Positions 30,100 to 39,907 of a stretch of DNA of 64,000 nucleotides are shown piece after piece; within the stretch, counting starts at the first letter, position 1, and each line of letters starts with the position of its first letter. Under the pieces are notes generated by a model. It was not told where the DNA came from. It saw nothing but the letters and a program-made list of their open reading frames with translations, and did not search any database. Source of the stretch: Euryarchaeota archaeon UBA62 (lineage in GTDB: Archaea; Thermoplasmatota; Poseidoniia; Poseidoniales; Thalassarchaeaceae); NCBI GenBank assembly GCA_002502095.1, contig DAPJ01000022.1:1149-65148 (forward strand). The letters run 5' to 3'. The position numbers and the translations under genes were made by a program.

Positions 30100-31073
30100 G
30101 TTTCGTCTTCTTCGAGATTGTGAAGATATCTACTTACCTCGTAACCAAGTTGCTCCTTATCCTGTATTGAGTGTAGCCTTACTCTCATTGCAGAGGCTCC
30201 TGGCAGTCCTTTGGTAAACGATACTGCGTGTCTCTTGAGATTCTTGCCACCTGATTCGTCGAATACCTCTTCGGATAATTCTAGGTATCTATCCCAACAC
30301 CATCTCCTTGCTTTAGAAGGACTGCCTTCTCCCCATGGAGGGTTTCCAACTGACCATCCCATCCCTTCTTTTATCTCATGAAATACGGTTGGCCTTCCTA
30401 TTGCCCCTCTTCCAATCATTAGGCCAGAGGCTCCTGTAGCTTGAAGGCAGGCCTTAGCAGAGTAAGTATCTATGACATCACCATTTGCTATTACAGGAAT
30501 ATCAACAGAGTCTGATATTTCTTTGATTTGATTCCAATCGGCTGTTCCTGAGTATCTCTGTCTCAAAGTCCTACCATGGACACATATTCTCAAAACGCCT
30601 TCTTCAGCCAATCTTTGAGAGATTTCAAGAGCGGTGTTCTCTCCTGATCCAGTACCTAGCCTCATCTTTACAGATATTGGTACATCCGTAGATGCTATAC
30701 ATTTCCTCACCATGCTGACTACCTTGTCAGGGTCCCTCAAGAGTGCGGCGCCAGCATCGTTTCTACAGACTTTGGGAGCGGGGCATCCAAAATTAATATC
30801 GATAATGTCTGCTCTGTCTTCCAACATTTCGACTGTTTTTGCCATCTCTGAAATATCTCCTCCAAAGATCTGGGGGATGAAGGGGGCTTCCCTGGGGTCG
30901 GTTTCGACCTTAAGCCAGGAGTACGTGTTCCTCCTAGTCAGTCCAGAGGCAGCGGTGAACTCTGTTACAGTAAAATCAGCACCACATTCCCTCGCAAGAA
31001 GCCTGTAAGCCAAATCAGTTACCCCAGCCATAGGGGCCAGTGAAATAGGAACAGGGCTGAAGTCCATGAACAC
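30069..31073 (-). CDS. tRNA-dihydrouridine synthase (Dus family)
   Basis: LAPMAGVTDLAYRLL, DINFGCPAPKVCRNDAGAALL and VHGRTLRQRYSGTADW are present. Confidence 0.85.
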   Translation of the reverse strand: MFMDFSPVPISLAPMAGVTDLAYRLLARECGADFTVTEFTAASGLTRRNTYSWLKVETDPREAPFIPQIFGGDISEMAKTVEMLEDRADIIDINFGCPAPKVCRNDAGAALLRDPDKVVSMVRKCIASTDVPISVKMRLGTGSGENTALEISQRLAEEGVLRICVHGRTLRQRYSGTADWNQIKEISDSVDIPVIANGDVIDTYSAKACLQATGASGLMIGRGAIGRPTVFHEIKEGMGWSVGNPPWGEGSPSKARRWCWDRYLELSEEVFDESGGKNLKRHAVSFTKGLPGASAMRVRLHSIQDKEQLGYEVSRYLHNLEEDETQPEIASSNL

Positions 31074-31123
31074 GGGACCAGCCTTACAGTTATCAGATGA
31101 ACTAACAAAAGATATTATTGAGT

Positions 31124-31777
31124 CTAGAAAGAAGACTCCCAGTCATCAACATCCTGAGAGCGTTCCCAATCTACATCTGATATCCCACTTTTTATCTTCA
31201 GAGTCTCTCTAGCAAGAAGCCAGTAAATTAGAGCAAGTGATCTTCTTCCTTTATTGTTGGCTGGCAGAACTAGATCGACATTTCTCAATCTATTGTTTGC
31301 GTCGCAGATTCCGATAACGGGCATACCAGAACTCACGGCCTCGGAAAGAGCCTGGGAGTCGGCTGCGGGGTCCGTGACTACGATTACTTCAGGCTCAATG
31401 TAAGTCCTGAGTTTTGGATTGGTTAGAGTTCCAGGAATGAATCTCCCAACAATTCTCTTGGCCCCTATGGCCTCAGCAAACATTCTCGCAGGTCGCTGAC
31501 CGTACTGACGAGCGCTAACTACTAGTATCCTACTAGAGTCATAGTTAGCTAGGAATTTAGCTACGGTACGAATCCTAGAGTCAGTCTGTCTAATATCAAT
31601 ATGGTGAAGTCCGCTACCATCTTGTCTGAAAGTATCCAAGAATGCTTTCATGTCCGAAGATTTCTGATTTGTGCCTATGTGAACAGCGTGCTGCTCATAC
31701 ATGTCAAGCGGTACAAGTGGGGTTAGACTCTCATCCAAAGCGATTCCTCGGAGTCCGGCGAACTGCCAGCCACTCAT
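31124..31777 (-). CDS. rps2: 30S ribosomal protein uS2
   Basis: HIGTNQKSSDMKAF, ILVVSARQYGQRPARMFAEAIGA, GRFIPGTLTNP, VIVVTDPAADSQALSEA and PVIGICDANN are present. The track ORF (to 31987) carries a non-conserved 70-aa extension that overlaps the upstream gene. Confidence 0.9.
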   Translation of the reverse strand: MSGWQFAGLRGIALDESLTPLVPLDMYEQHAVHIGTNQKSSDMKAFLDTFRQDGSGLHHIDIRQTDSRIRTVAKFLANYDSSRILVVSARQYGQRPARMFAEAIGAKRIVGRFIPGTLTNPKLRTYIEPEVIVVTDPAADSQALSEAVSSGMPVIGICDANNRLRNVDLVLPANNKGRRSLALIYWLLARETLKIKSGISDVDWERSQDVDDWESSF

Positions 31778-31814
31778 AAGCGCTACGCCAGTACATCTGT
31801 CGGCCAACTGAGCC

Positions 31815-32627
31815 TTATTCGAGCTCTGAGCTAAATGTACACTCGCCTTCAGCGTGTATTTCTGGGAAAACAATGCACTTCTTGGTAACCCAAAGTGAGA
31901 CTCTGAACTCGTCTTCAAACGAGAGTGTATCGATGGGAGCGGATAGCGCATATCCCCTGGCCCTAACCTGCAGAACCCAATTTCCATTCGTAAAACCAGA
32001 AGAGTTACCTATGGAAATAGTGCAGTCACTCTCGCTCCTAAGCTCCAGGGACATCTGGCCCACTGAGCTGGTTGCAAGATACTCCCAGCACTTGTCGCCA
32101 TTCGGTTTCAATAGAGTAATCTCAACGAATCTGAGTTCATCTGTGTTATTTCCCAGAAACTCTCCGACAGTTGAAGACCACTCAAAGGACACGGAGAAGT
32201 CAAGTAGCATCTTGGATACTGTCTCATCGACCAATATCACACTCTCGTTAGAGTAGCAGTCTGTCTCTTGACTAAAGCTCTCACTTCCGGGTAATATACA
32301 CTCGTTCTGAGCGAAAATATGAGCTTGTACAATTGGTTCAACGGGTACAATTTCCTCACGGGGGTCGTCTCTCATCCCCTCCATCAACTCCCTCTGCATT
32401 GCGAGTCCCATGCAACCGCTAGAGGCTATACTGAGTAGTAGCATCAGGGACAAAGAAATTGATGATGCGACCCTGTTCACAGTATTCCGAAGAGGGCGTA
32501 TGTCTTGAATACGTGTGTAAAATGGTGCCTCTCGGTACTCATAGGGAACGTCAAGGCCGTAGCTCAGTCCACCTTCGTCGTCATTGAGGCAGTTGGAGGG
32601 AGGGGCATAGGGTGATGAATGTTCCAC
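31815..32627 (-). CDS. Hypothetical membrane-anchored or lipoprotein-like Cys-rich exported protein
   Basis: The TM segment VASSISLSLMLLLSIASSGC has a lipobox-like ending, followed by a soluble domain with several Cys. Confidence 0.45.
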   Translation of the reverse strand: MEHSSPYAPPSNCLNDDEGGLSYGLDVPYEYREAPFYTRIQDIRPLRNTVNRVASSISLSLMLLLSIASSGCMGLAMQRELMEGMRDDPREEIVPVEPIVQAHIFAQNECILPGSESFSQETDCYSNESVILVDETVSKMLLDFSVSFEWSSTVGEFLGNNTDELRFVEITLLKPNGDKCWEYLATSSVGQMSLELRSESDCTISIGNSSGFTNGNWVLQVRARGYALSAPIDTLSFEDEFRVSLWVTKKCIVFPEIHAEGECTFSSELE

Positions 32628-32653
32628 CCCTGAAATTGGCTATCAGAGGTGAA

Positions 32654-33349
32654 TTACTCTTCTTCAGATACTGCTCTGGGCTCATGGACCTCTCGGAAGA
32701 CGATTGTCCCCACTCCGATATGATCCCTGAGTGTTCTCACAAGACTGAACTTAGCGTATGACCAGTTTTGGTCATATGCAATTGTATCTGGAAGTGTTAC
32801 AGTAAGATCGTCTTTCTCGAAGTCAATCTCGAAGTCGTCTCTACCGGTATTCATTTTGAGAAGTGTCTCAACCTTTTCCTTACGGTCTTCAACGACCTTG
32901 ACAATATTGTAGTTGTACCTGAGTGTTGATCCAGCCAATGGGTGGTTGTAGTCAATTCTGGCACGGCCAGCACTCAAGAACTGTAGCACACCGGTCCTTC
33001 CTCCAATCTCAACTGGAGCGCCGATTGCTAGCATGTTGGGGTCCCTAACGCTTCTCATCAGAACATTCTGCCCTATTGTTTCGACGAGGCTGGCATCCCT
33101 CTCACCGTATGCATCAGGAGCTTCTATGTCAATTTCGTAGTCTTTATCGGCTTCAGCATCTGTTAGAGATGATTCAAATCCTGCTATCAGTCTCCCGTCT
33201 CCCACGACGGTGATCATTGGCGAGTATTCCCTATTTTCATCGAATAGGTCATGCTCCTTGGCTACGTCCTCGCGTGTAGTCTCGATGAGTCTCTCAGAGT
33301 CGACCTCGTAAAGGTCGTAGTCGATGTGTACTATTGCACCATTGTCCAT
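32654..33349 (-). CDS. FKBP-type peptidyl-prolyl cis-trans isomerase (archaeal long/SlyD-like, with IF insert)
   Basis: VHIDYDLY...GDGRLIAGFESSL...AYGERD...RIDYNHPLAGSTLRYNYNIVKV is present. AAGGAGG lies 8 nt upstream of the ATG at 33349. The track start at 33430 adds 27 non-conserved residues. Confidence 0.85.
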   Translation of the reverse strand: MDNGAIVHIDYDLYEVDSERLIETTREDVAKEHDLFDENREYSPMITVVGDGRLIAGFESSLTDAEADKDYEIDIEAPDAYGERDASLVETIGQNVLMRSVRDPNMLAIGAPVEIGGRTGVLQFLSAGRARIDYNHPLAGSTLRYNYNIVKVVEDRKEKVETLLKMNTGRDDFEIDFEKDDLTVTLPDTIAYDQNWSYAKFSLVRTLRDHIGVGTIVFREVHEPRAVSEEE

Positions 33350-33426
33350 GTGATTCGCCTCCTTGGCGTCCGGCCGAACCGCTTCCCCTTTTTCATTCAA
33401 ACGGTGCTGAATACTTCGGCAAGGAT

Positions 33427-35814
33427 TCATTCTTCCTCTTGATTAGGGGGTTTTTCAGATGATGAAAACGCCAGAATTCCTCCGATAATTGTTAGTACCC
33501 ATCCAGTCCAAACTAAGTGGCTACCCTGAAGTTCATGGATTGTCACTCTTACTCTATCAAGACCATCGGTCTGGTTGAAGAATAGTGCTGGCATTAGATC
33601 CTGTACTTGGAAACCATCCATTATGAGAATAGTATCGCCGAACAGTCCTACGTGTCTGTCCACCTCTGATCTAGGAACCGGGCCGAATCTTAGTATACCT
33701 GGGACCAGGGTATCAACAAGCTCTCCGTCTTTCCTCATTTCAATGACCACTCCTAGAAAGCCATCGCCGACCTTGAAGTGAAAATCTTCATCTCCTTCAG
33801 AGAGTACTACTGTATCTATCAACACATACTCGTAGCTCCCATATGATACCGGCTCGTTCTTCTCCAAAGTAATCAAGTGAGAAGGATCTGATCTGTCCAC
33901 CAGTGTTGTGGTAAAAACGTGCCCTATGAGTAGCAGGAGGATTCCAACATGAGAGATATGGCTTGCTAGTAGCCTTACCCTTGGAGACTTCAGTCCGATA
34001 AATCCTCCCCTGTAGATCTTACTCCAATTGGACTTCAATGTCAGCAGTAAATTCCTGATGTTAAATGGTAGAGAGAAGATTAGGAGGACCAGCATGAAGG
34101 AGGCAAGAGACCCCCTGGATACCGAAGATGATATTGGAAGTCTTGGATCCCCTGGCAGTGCTATTGAATCTGCCATGAGGGCGGCTAGAACAGAGCATAC
34201 TATGGAAAATAGAATCAGGAATGTTCCTGTTTTGTGGCTTATTGATTTCCCCCATGTATACGCAGCTAGACCGATTGCCAGAAGAGCGATGAAGGGGGAC
34301 CCGTAAAATTCGTGAGCCTGGAGACTAGTACCATCAATCTCGACAGTGAGTATCATCCATGTCAGCAATAGAAATCCAGCTCCTCCGTACCAGGGTATTG
34401 CCTTGGAAATCCTCAGTCTGGAAGAGGTACTGGTAAACAATCCAGTAATGAAAGACCAGTCGTCTTCCTTCTCTGACATTAACCATGGAATGAGAAATGG
34501 AGACATCCCAATCAGAGACTGGTACCATTCCGCATTCCATGTCCAACTTGAAAATAACATCAGTGCTATTCCCGTGAATATCCAATGAAGAGGGGGGTCT
34601 GAATTATTTCCGTTTACAATCAGGTACATCAGTGACATTCCCACTAGAATGACTGCGACTGAACCTATCCATAAAGAGGCTAATAAGAATATCACCACAA
34701 GAGAAATTGCAAGACTTTTATTTTCCTGAATCATCGACCTTGAGTTTTGAGACTCTAAGTCTGACCTTTGGACTCTAGCCAGATGAATTAATGCGAACCC
34801 ACACAGAAGAATTATTGCTGACAAGTATCCGATTAATTCTGCTCCTATGGCGTCAAATTCTACGACATCTAGTACCCTCAGATATGGATCCTGTGGAAGG
34901 GACCCCTCTCCATCCGCTACAAAAGCATGGACAGATGCCCAAACGCCATTAGCCCTAGTAACTAGAGTAGCGTGGAATGTTAGTGCGCCTGCTAGTAATC
35001 CAACAGCAGGTGAAGCGATAACTGCGCTGCCACCTGTTTTGGAGCGAGCATGTACAACGAGTAGTAAGCATAACCAAGGGAGTAGCGAGCCAGTTTCAAC
35101 TGGGTCCCAAGCCCAATAGCCTCCCCAATCCAGAACAGTGTAAGCCCAGAGTCCGCCGAGCCCTATTCCTATCGTTCCAGTCACGAAACCTGCCCTAGCC
35201 CAATACAGTTGCGATTTATGGATGGTGATCGGGGAGTCTCTTCTAATGATGCCTGCAATGACTACGCTTGAGGTTGCTATACATAGAGAGTAGAATGCGA
35301 AGACTACGGGAGGGTGGATGACCATTAGATCGGTTTGAAGAAGAGGATTTAGTCCCGAGGCAGAGGTAGAGGTTGTTTCATCGAAGGGCCCTAGCAGCAG
35401 GGACAATAGGAGGATGAAACCTACCCATGTATGCATTATTCTGACTTCTAAGGGCGTACCTTTCGCTCTAGCAGACATAATTCTGGTTACTATTGCCATT
35501 AGGGCGGCCCAGAGTAGGAGAGGACCTGCCCTACTACTCCAGACTGCGGATATTCTGTAAAATAGTGGAAGGTCTTGCCCTCCGAATCTGAAAACCAACT
35601 CAAGTGATTTCACATCAGTGACAAAGCAGAATGTCAGTAATATGAAAGGCGATACTTGTGAAATGAGTGCGAGATCCCTTGAGATGGGACTGGATGACTT
35701 ACCTCTACTAGTAGACTGGAGAATTGAGTAAGCTATGCCTGTGACCAATAGTAGCCACCCAATTTGGGAAAGCAATATCTCACCAACCGTAGTACTTTGC
35801 CCTACTGTACCCAA
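33427..35814 (-). CDS. Cytochrome c-type biogenesis/heme-handling protein, CcmF/NrfE/CcsA family
   Basis: The Trp-rich heme-handling motif DWGGYWAWDPVETGSLLPWL is present (nt about 35071-35127). The protein has more than 12 TM segments and a C-terminal soluble domain followed by a final TM, as in CcmF. Confidence 0.75.
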   Translation of the reverse strand: MGTVGQSTTVGEILLSQIGWLLLVTGIAYSILQSTSRGKSSSPISRDLALISQVSPFILLTFCFVTDVKSLELVFRFGGQDLPLFYRISAVWSSRAGPLLLWAALMAIVTRIMSARAKGTPLEVRIMHTWVGFILLLSLLLGPFDETTSTSASGLNPLLQTDLMVIHPPVVFAFYSLCIATSSVVIAGIIRRDSPITIHKSQLYWARAGFVTGTIGIGLGGLWAYTVLDWGGYWAWDPVETGSLLPWLCLLLVVHARSKTGGSAVIASPAVGLLAGALTFHATLVTRANGVWASVHAFVADGEGSLPQDPYLRVLDVVEFDAIGAELIGYLSAIILLCGFALIHLARVQRSDLESQNSRSMIQENKSLAISLVVIFLLASLWIGSVAVILVGMSLMYLIVNGNNSDPPLHWIFTGIALMLFSSWTWNAEWYQSLIGMSPFLIPWLMSEKEDDWSFITGLFTSTSSRLRISKAIPWYGGAGFLLLTWMILTVEIDGTSLQAHEFYGSPFIALLAIGLAAYTWGKSISHKTGTFLILFSIVCSVLAALMADSIALPGDPRLPISSSVSRGSLASFMLVLLIFSLPFNIRNLLLTLKSNWSKIYRGGFIGLKSPRVRLLASHISHVGILLLLIGHVFTTTLVDRSDPSHLITLEKNEPVSYGSYEYVLIDTVVLSEGDEDFHFKVGDGFLGVVIEMRKDGELVDTLVPGILRFGPVPRSEVDRHVGLFGDTILIMDGFQVQDLMPALFFNQTDGLDRVRVTIHELQGSHLVWTGWVLTIIGGILAFSSSEKPPNQEEE

Positions 35815-37033
35815 AGGCTAGCATGGCTCTGATTATGTTTTTAGCATATAATCCGGGACTTTTGAAGAGGAGCTTCAGCCCCACGAACGCCTTGCCCGAG
35901 AAGCCCATATCTGACATTTCATCAGGGAAGCACTTCGCCATTACTGACATCTCTTCGTCGGATAGCTCGAATAGCGCATTTTTACCCTTCAGTATCTTGT
36001 CATACGGAGGGAATTCAGCTTTCCAAAGCTTTGGGTACTGTGATAATTTTTCAGATGACAGGTCATCATCTGAGATTGCCTTCGCTGCAGTCTGGGCGGC
36101 GAATACAGCGGATTTCAACGCTAAGTGAGAGCCGCCCTCGAACAGGGGAGATGTGAATCCCGCAGCATCACCGATTAGCATTAATCCATCATAATGGGTA
36201 TTTTCATGAGGACCAGAAATAGGAATGGTCCCTCCAAAGGCTGGGTTTCCCTTCTTTTTCCAGGAAGGTAGATTCTGGTTAAGTCCCTTGAAATGTGTGT
36301 GCTCAATGAACTCATCAAGCGCCTTCTTAGTTCTAGGCTTGTCCTCAGTAACTAGTCCGATATTTGCTCTACCATCACACTTAGGAATCATCCAAAGATA
36401 TCCCTTCTCAGCGTACGAAGGCCATATGTAGAAATCTAGATAGCCATCAGTTGGTACACCTTCAAGCTCGTATTGCATTCCTGCCACGACCTTTCCTCTA
36501 GGGTTTAGGTCGAGCAGCTTCGAGCAAACTGAGGACACCCCGGAAGCATCTATGACTATCTTGGCTTGTATGGGGAAGAGGTCACCCTTGCCCTCACAGA
36601 GCCATCCAGAGAATTTATTCCCCTCAAACGACTTCTGCATTCCTGTAATTTTGTGACTCAGGCAGAGTCTGGCTCCCTCACTTACAGCAGACTCAGCTAT
36701 CCATTGTTCGAATAGATGCTTTTCCAAAACATATCCTTCCTCTGAAAGACATTTCTCAGTTCCATCTGGAAAAATTACCCTGATTCCTTTGACGCTCTTA
36801 CTGATTACATGTTCTGGTAGTTTGAGTCCTAGGTTCTGACAGGCTAAGTCAGAGATACATTCTCCACAGTGGACGGGGGTTCCTATCTCATCATGATCTT
36901 CGACAAGTATGGTATCTAGGCCCAGTCTAGCACATTGAAGAGCAGCATTACCCCCGCCTGGTCCTGCACCGATAACCAAAACGTCACAGATGGTCATGTC
37001 CTCGCCCACGTCACTCCGAGAGGAGCCGCTCAA
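35780..37033 (-). CDS. Geranylgeranyl reductase family FAD-dependent oxidoreductase
   Basis: CDVLVIGAGPGGGNAALQCARLGLDTILVED and the GGR-typical PVHCGECIS are present, followed by LIGDAAGFTSPLFEGG. An alternative ATG at 36997 (MTICDVLVIG) is possible. Confidence 0.8.
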   Translation of the reverse strand: MSGSSRSDVGEDMTICDVLVIGAGPGGGNAALQCARLGLDTILVEDHDEIGTPVHCGECISDLACQNLGLKLPEHVISKSVKGIRVIFPDGTEKCLSEEGYVLEKHLFEQWIAESAVSEGARLCLSHKITGMQKSFEGNKFSGWLCEGKGDLFPIQAKIVIDASGVSSVCSKLLDLNPRGKVVAGMQYELEGVPTDGYLDFYIWPSYAEKGYLWMIPKCDGRANIGLVTEDKPRTKKALDEFIEHTHFKGLNQNLPSWKKKGNPAFGGTIPISGPHENTHYDGLMLIGDAAGFTSPLFEGGSHLALKSAVFAAQTAAKAISDDDLSSEKLSQYPKLWKAEFPPYDKILKGKNALFELSDEEMSVMAKCFPDEMSDMGFSGKAFVGLKLLFKSPGLYAKNIIRAMLAFGYSRAKYYGW

Positions 37034-37103
37034 AAGAAACCGTCGGTCGAGTCGCCTACGGCGACGAGCGAACCTTCTACTATTGTGAGTGCTCCGGAAT
37101 TAC

Positions 37104-38975
37104 ATGGTCTGGCGCACGCTGGCGCGTTACATTCGATCTCTGGAAGACTCTGGGGAGCTGATTCGAGTAGCCGATCCAGTAGATGTGGAGCTCGAAGCTG
37201 GGTGCTTTGCAGATAGGTTAGTCAAGAGGGGAGGCAGTGCAATTTTATTCGAACAGCCTAGGCTTCCTGATGGAACGATAAGTGAACTCCCCCTGGCTAT
37301 GAATCTCTTTGGAACCAGAGACAGGACAAACCACGCTCTCGGCGTAAATAGGCCTGAAGAGATAGGAGAGAGAATGGTAGCTCTGATGAAGCCAGATATT
37401 GGAGGCATCCTAAAGGCCCCTTGGACTGGAATAGGCTTGGCTTTAGAGGGGATGTCTATGGCTCCAATGAAGGTCAGGAAGGGCGCTTGTCAACAGGTCG
37501 TGATTAGTGATCCTGATGTGACTAGGCTCCCCATACCCAAGACATGGCCAGAAGATGGGGGGAGATACATGACCCTGCCTCTCGTAGTTACAGTGGATCC
37601 CGATACTGGAATTCATAATATGGGAATGTACAGAAGTCAAGTTTTCGGTCCCAAAGAGGTAGGTCTCCACTGGCAGGCACACAAGCACGGGGCAGACCAC
37701 GCTGATGCTTCCTCGGAAAGAATGCCGGTAGCGATCTGCCTGGGAGGTCCACCAGAAGTGATGTTTAGTGCCATTTCACCGCTTCCAGATAACCTTTCTG
37801 AGTATGAATTCGCAGGATTGCTTGGAAAGAGGCGACTCAGAATCACAAAGTGTGTTACTAATGATTTGTTAGTTCCTGCTGATTGCGACGTGGTTATCGA
37901 AGGATACATGATTCCTGGCGAGACCAGAGAAGAAGGGCCTTTCGGGGATCACTTCGGACATTACTCTCTTGCTGATCAGTATCCAGTGATGCATATTGAA
38001 GCAATAACACACAGAAAAGATGCCGTAGTTCCGATGACAATAGTGGGAGTCCCTCCAATGGAGGATGGATACCTGGGAGAGGCAATAGGAGATGCTTTCC
38101 TGCCCGTATTGCAGTTTCAGCACAGGGATGTACTAGGTCTGTTTCTCCCTTTGGAGACCGGCTTTCATAATCTAGCAATAGTCTCATCGAAAAAGAGGTA
38201 TCCAAGACAAGGGAGGAAAACTGCACTGGGGCTTCTTGGAGCCGGACAAATGATGTTTCTGAAAACAATAGTAGCCGTTGATCCTAATCATGATGTAAAA
38301 GACCTTGATTCCTTACTGGATGCTCTTGACTCAAAGGTAGATATTTCTGAGGATCTGATAATTCTCCCGGGAATGGTTGCTGACTCGCTAGCCCACGCAT
38401 CCCCCTGGGATAATATCCATGACAAGCTGTTGATAGATGCGACGACTCCACTTGAAGACGATCCAAGAGGTAGAAGAGAATCTCTGAAAGGATGTCCTGA
38501 GTCTCTCGAAGTTTCAGCATCAGGAATAGATGGAGTGGTACAGGCTCGTTTTCTACGATCTTCCATGCTCGTGGTTACTACGAAGATTGAAGGAGGGCCT
38601 TCTCCGGAAGAAAATGTCGAGGAGAATGACGAAGAGGGGGCTCTAAGGCAACGGGTCAAGATTCAGAGGATTATGGATTCCATATGGAATTTAGAGGGCG
38701 CGAAGAGTCTGAGATGGTTATTCATTACAGATTCAGATGTTGATCTGTACGATGATGGTTGGATGAGAGTACTCCTTTGGCAGTTTTTCTGTAGATTTGA
38801 TGTGGGCAGGGACCTTCACTTTGATTCGGACAAGAAGAGAGTTTGCTGGGATGCCACTGCGCCTATACCTTCACAGGAAGGCCCAGTTCCTGTGAGGAGG
38901 TGGCCAGGAGTCACATTGCATGACCAAGATGTCCTCGATAGAGTAGACTCGTGGCTCGAGGAAGGCGGTTTCTAA
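37104..38975 (+). CDS. ubiD: UbiD-family (prenyl-FMN dependent) aromatic decarboxylase
   Basis: The N-terminus LARYIRSLEDSGELIRVADPVDVELE, GGSAILFEQP, NMGMYR and GPFGDHFGHY are present. The family-level call is strong, but the exact substrate is unknown. The track start is a GTG at 37089. Confidence 0.8.
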   Translation: MVWRTLARYIRSLEDSGELIRVADPVDVELEAGCFADRLVKRGGSAILFEQPRLPDGTISELPLAMNLFGTRDRTNHALGVNRPEEIGERMVALMKPDIGGILKAPWTGIGLALEGMSMAPMKVRKGACQQVVISDPDVTRLPIPKTWPEDGGRYMTLPLVVTVDPDTGIHNMGMYRSQVFGPKEVGLHWQAHKHGADHADASSERMPVAICLGGPPEVMFSAISPLPDNLSEYEFAGLLGKRRLRITKCVTNDLLVPADCDVVIEGYMIPGETREEGPFGDHFGHYSLADQYPVMHIEAITHRKDAVVPMTIVGVPPMEDGYLGEAIGDAFLPVLQFQHRDVLGLFLPLETGFHNLAIVSSKKRYPRQGRKTALGLLGAGQMMFLKTIVAVDPNHDVKDLDSLLDALDSKVDISEDLIILPGMVADSLAHASPWDNIHDKLLIDATTPLEDDPRGRRESLKGCPESLEVSASGIDGVVQARFLRSSMLVVTTKIEGGPSPEENVEENDEEGALRQRVKIQRIMDSIWNLEGAKSLRWLFITDSDVDLYDDGWMRVLLWQFFCRFDVGRDLHFDSDKKRVCWDATAPIPSQEGPVPVRRWPGVTLHDQDVLDRVDSWLEEGGF

Positions 38976-39901
38976 TGGGTTTTAGAGAGATTCTGGAGTT
39001 CGTAAAAATTGAGCATACTCTTTTTTCTCTCCCTTTTGTCCTGATTGGGTATGTTCTTGCTCACGATCAGTTCATGAACGATATTTCTTCTGAGAAGTTT
39101 GGAATCGATATTTTATGGATTTTAGTAGCTGCGATTGGGGCTCGTGGTCTTGCAATGGCTCTGAATCGAATAATAGACAGAGACATTGATGCTTCTAATC
39201 CTCGAACGGCAAATCGTCACCTCGTTTCGGGTGCTATGTCGATGCAAACCGCTTGGAGTCTCTCAGCAATCTTTCTGTCGATGCTATTGGTTGGAGCTTG
39301 GCAACTTAATGAAGTTGCATTAATGATGGCATGGCTCCCAGTCCTAGTCTTCGTCATCTACCCTTACACAAAACGTTACACGTGGTTATGCCATTTTTGG
39401 CTAGGGCTCTGTCTCGCACTCGCGCCCGCTGGGGCGTGGGTCGCCGTAACGGCAGACGTTCATGGATGGGCATCAATTACAGGATTGAACGATGGAAATA
39501 GCGATTTCCTTTGGTTCCCGACAATTTTCTTCATATCCCTGGGAGTGACATTTTGGATTGCTGCGTTTGATATCAATTATGCAAGAATGGATATCGAGAG
39601 TGATCGGGAAAACGGAATTCACTCATTTCCTTCCAGGTTCAATGAAAATGCGACAACCAGGACCTCTATTCAACTCACTTTACTATGGTTTGCCTGCTTC
39701 GCTATTTCTGATCCCATGAACGAGATTTGGTTTCTTGTTGCTGCAGGTCTGATGTGCATTTTGAATGTTACAGTCATTCTCGTAAGAGAGAGATTGGAGG
39801 ATTTTCAAACTGTACTGTTCCGAATTTCGATGCTCACGGGATGGGTACTTCTGGCCTCAATTATGGTTGTTGAGCCCACTGGCGGCGGGTTATTGGACTG
39901 A
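38975..39901 (+). CDS. ubiA: UbiA-family aromatic prenyltransferase
   Basis: The Asp-rich motifs NRIIDRDIDASNPRTANR and AAFDINYARMDIESDRENG are present, with about 8-9 TM. The ATG overlaps the ubiD-like stop (TAATG). The track start is a GTG at 38951. Confidence 0.8.
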   Translation: MGFREILEFVKIEHTLFSLPFVLIGYVLAHDQFMNDISSEKFGIDILWILVAAIGARGLAMALNRIIDRDIDASNPRTANRHLVSGAMSMQTAWSLSAIFLSMLLVGAWQLNEVALMMAWLPVLVFVIYPYTKRYTWLCHFWLGLCLALAPAGAWVAVTADVHGWASITGLNDGNSDFLWFPTIFFISLGVTFWIAAFDINYARMDIESDRENGIHSFPSRFNENATTRTSIQLTLLWFACFAISDPMNEIWFLVAAGLMCILNVTVILVRERLEDFQTVLFRISMLTGWVLLASIMVVEPTGGGLLD

Positions 39902-39907
39902 GGTGAA

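Noticed and set aside
31778-31987. The 70-aa N-terminal extension of ribosomal protein uS2 (track start 31987)
   Set aside because: The extension is not S2-like and overlaps the 3' end of the upstream gene (31815..32627). Met71 gives a protein of typical archaeal S2 length.
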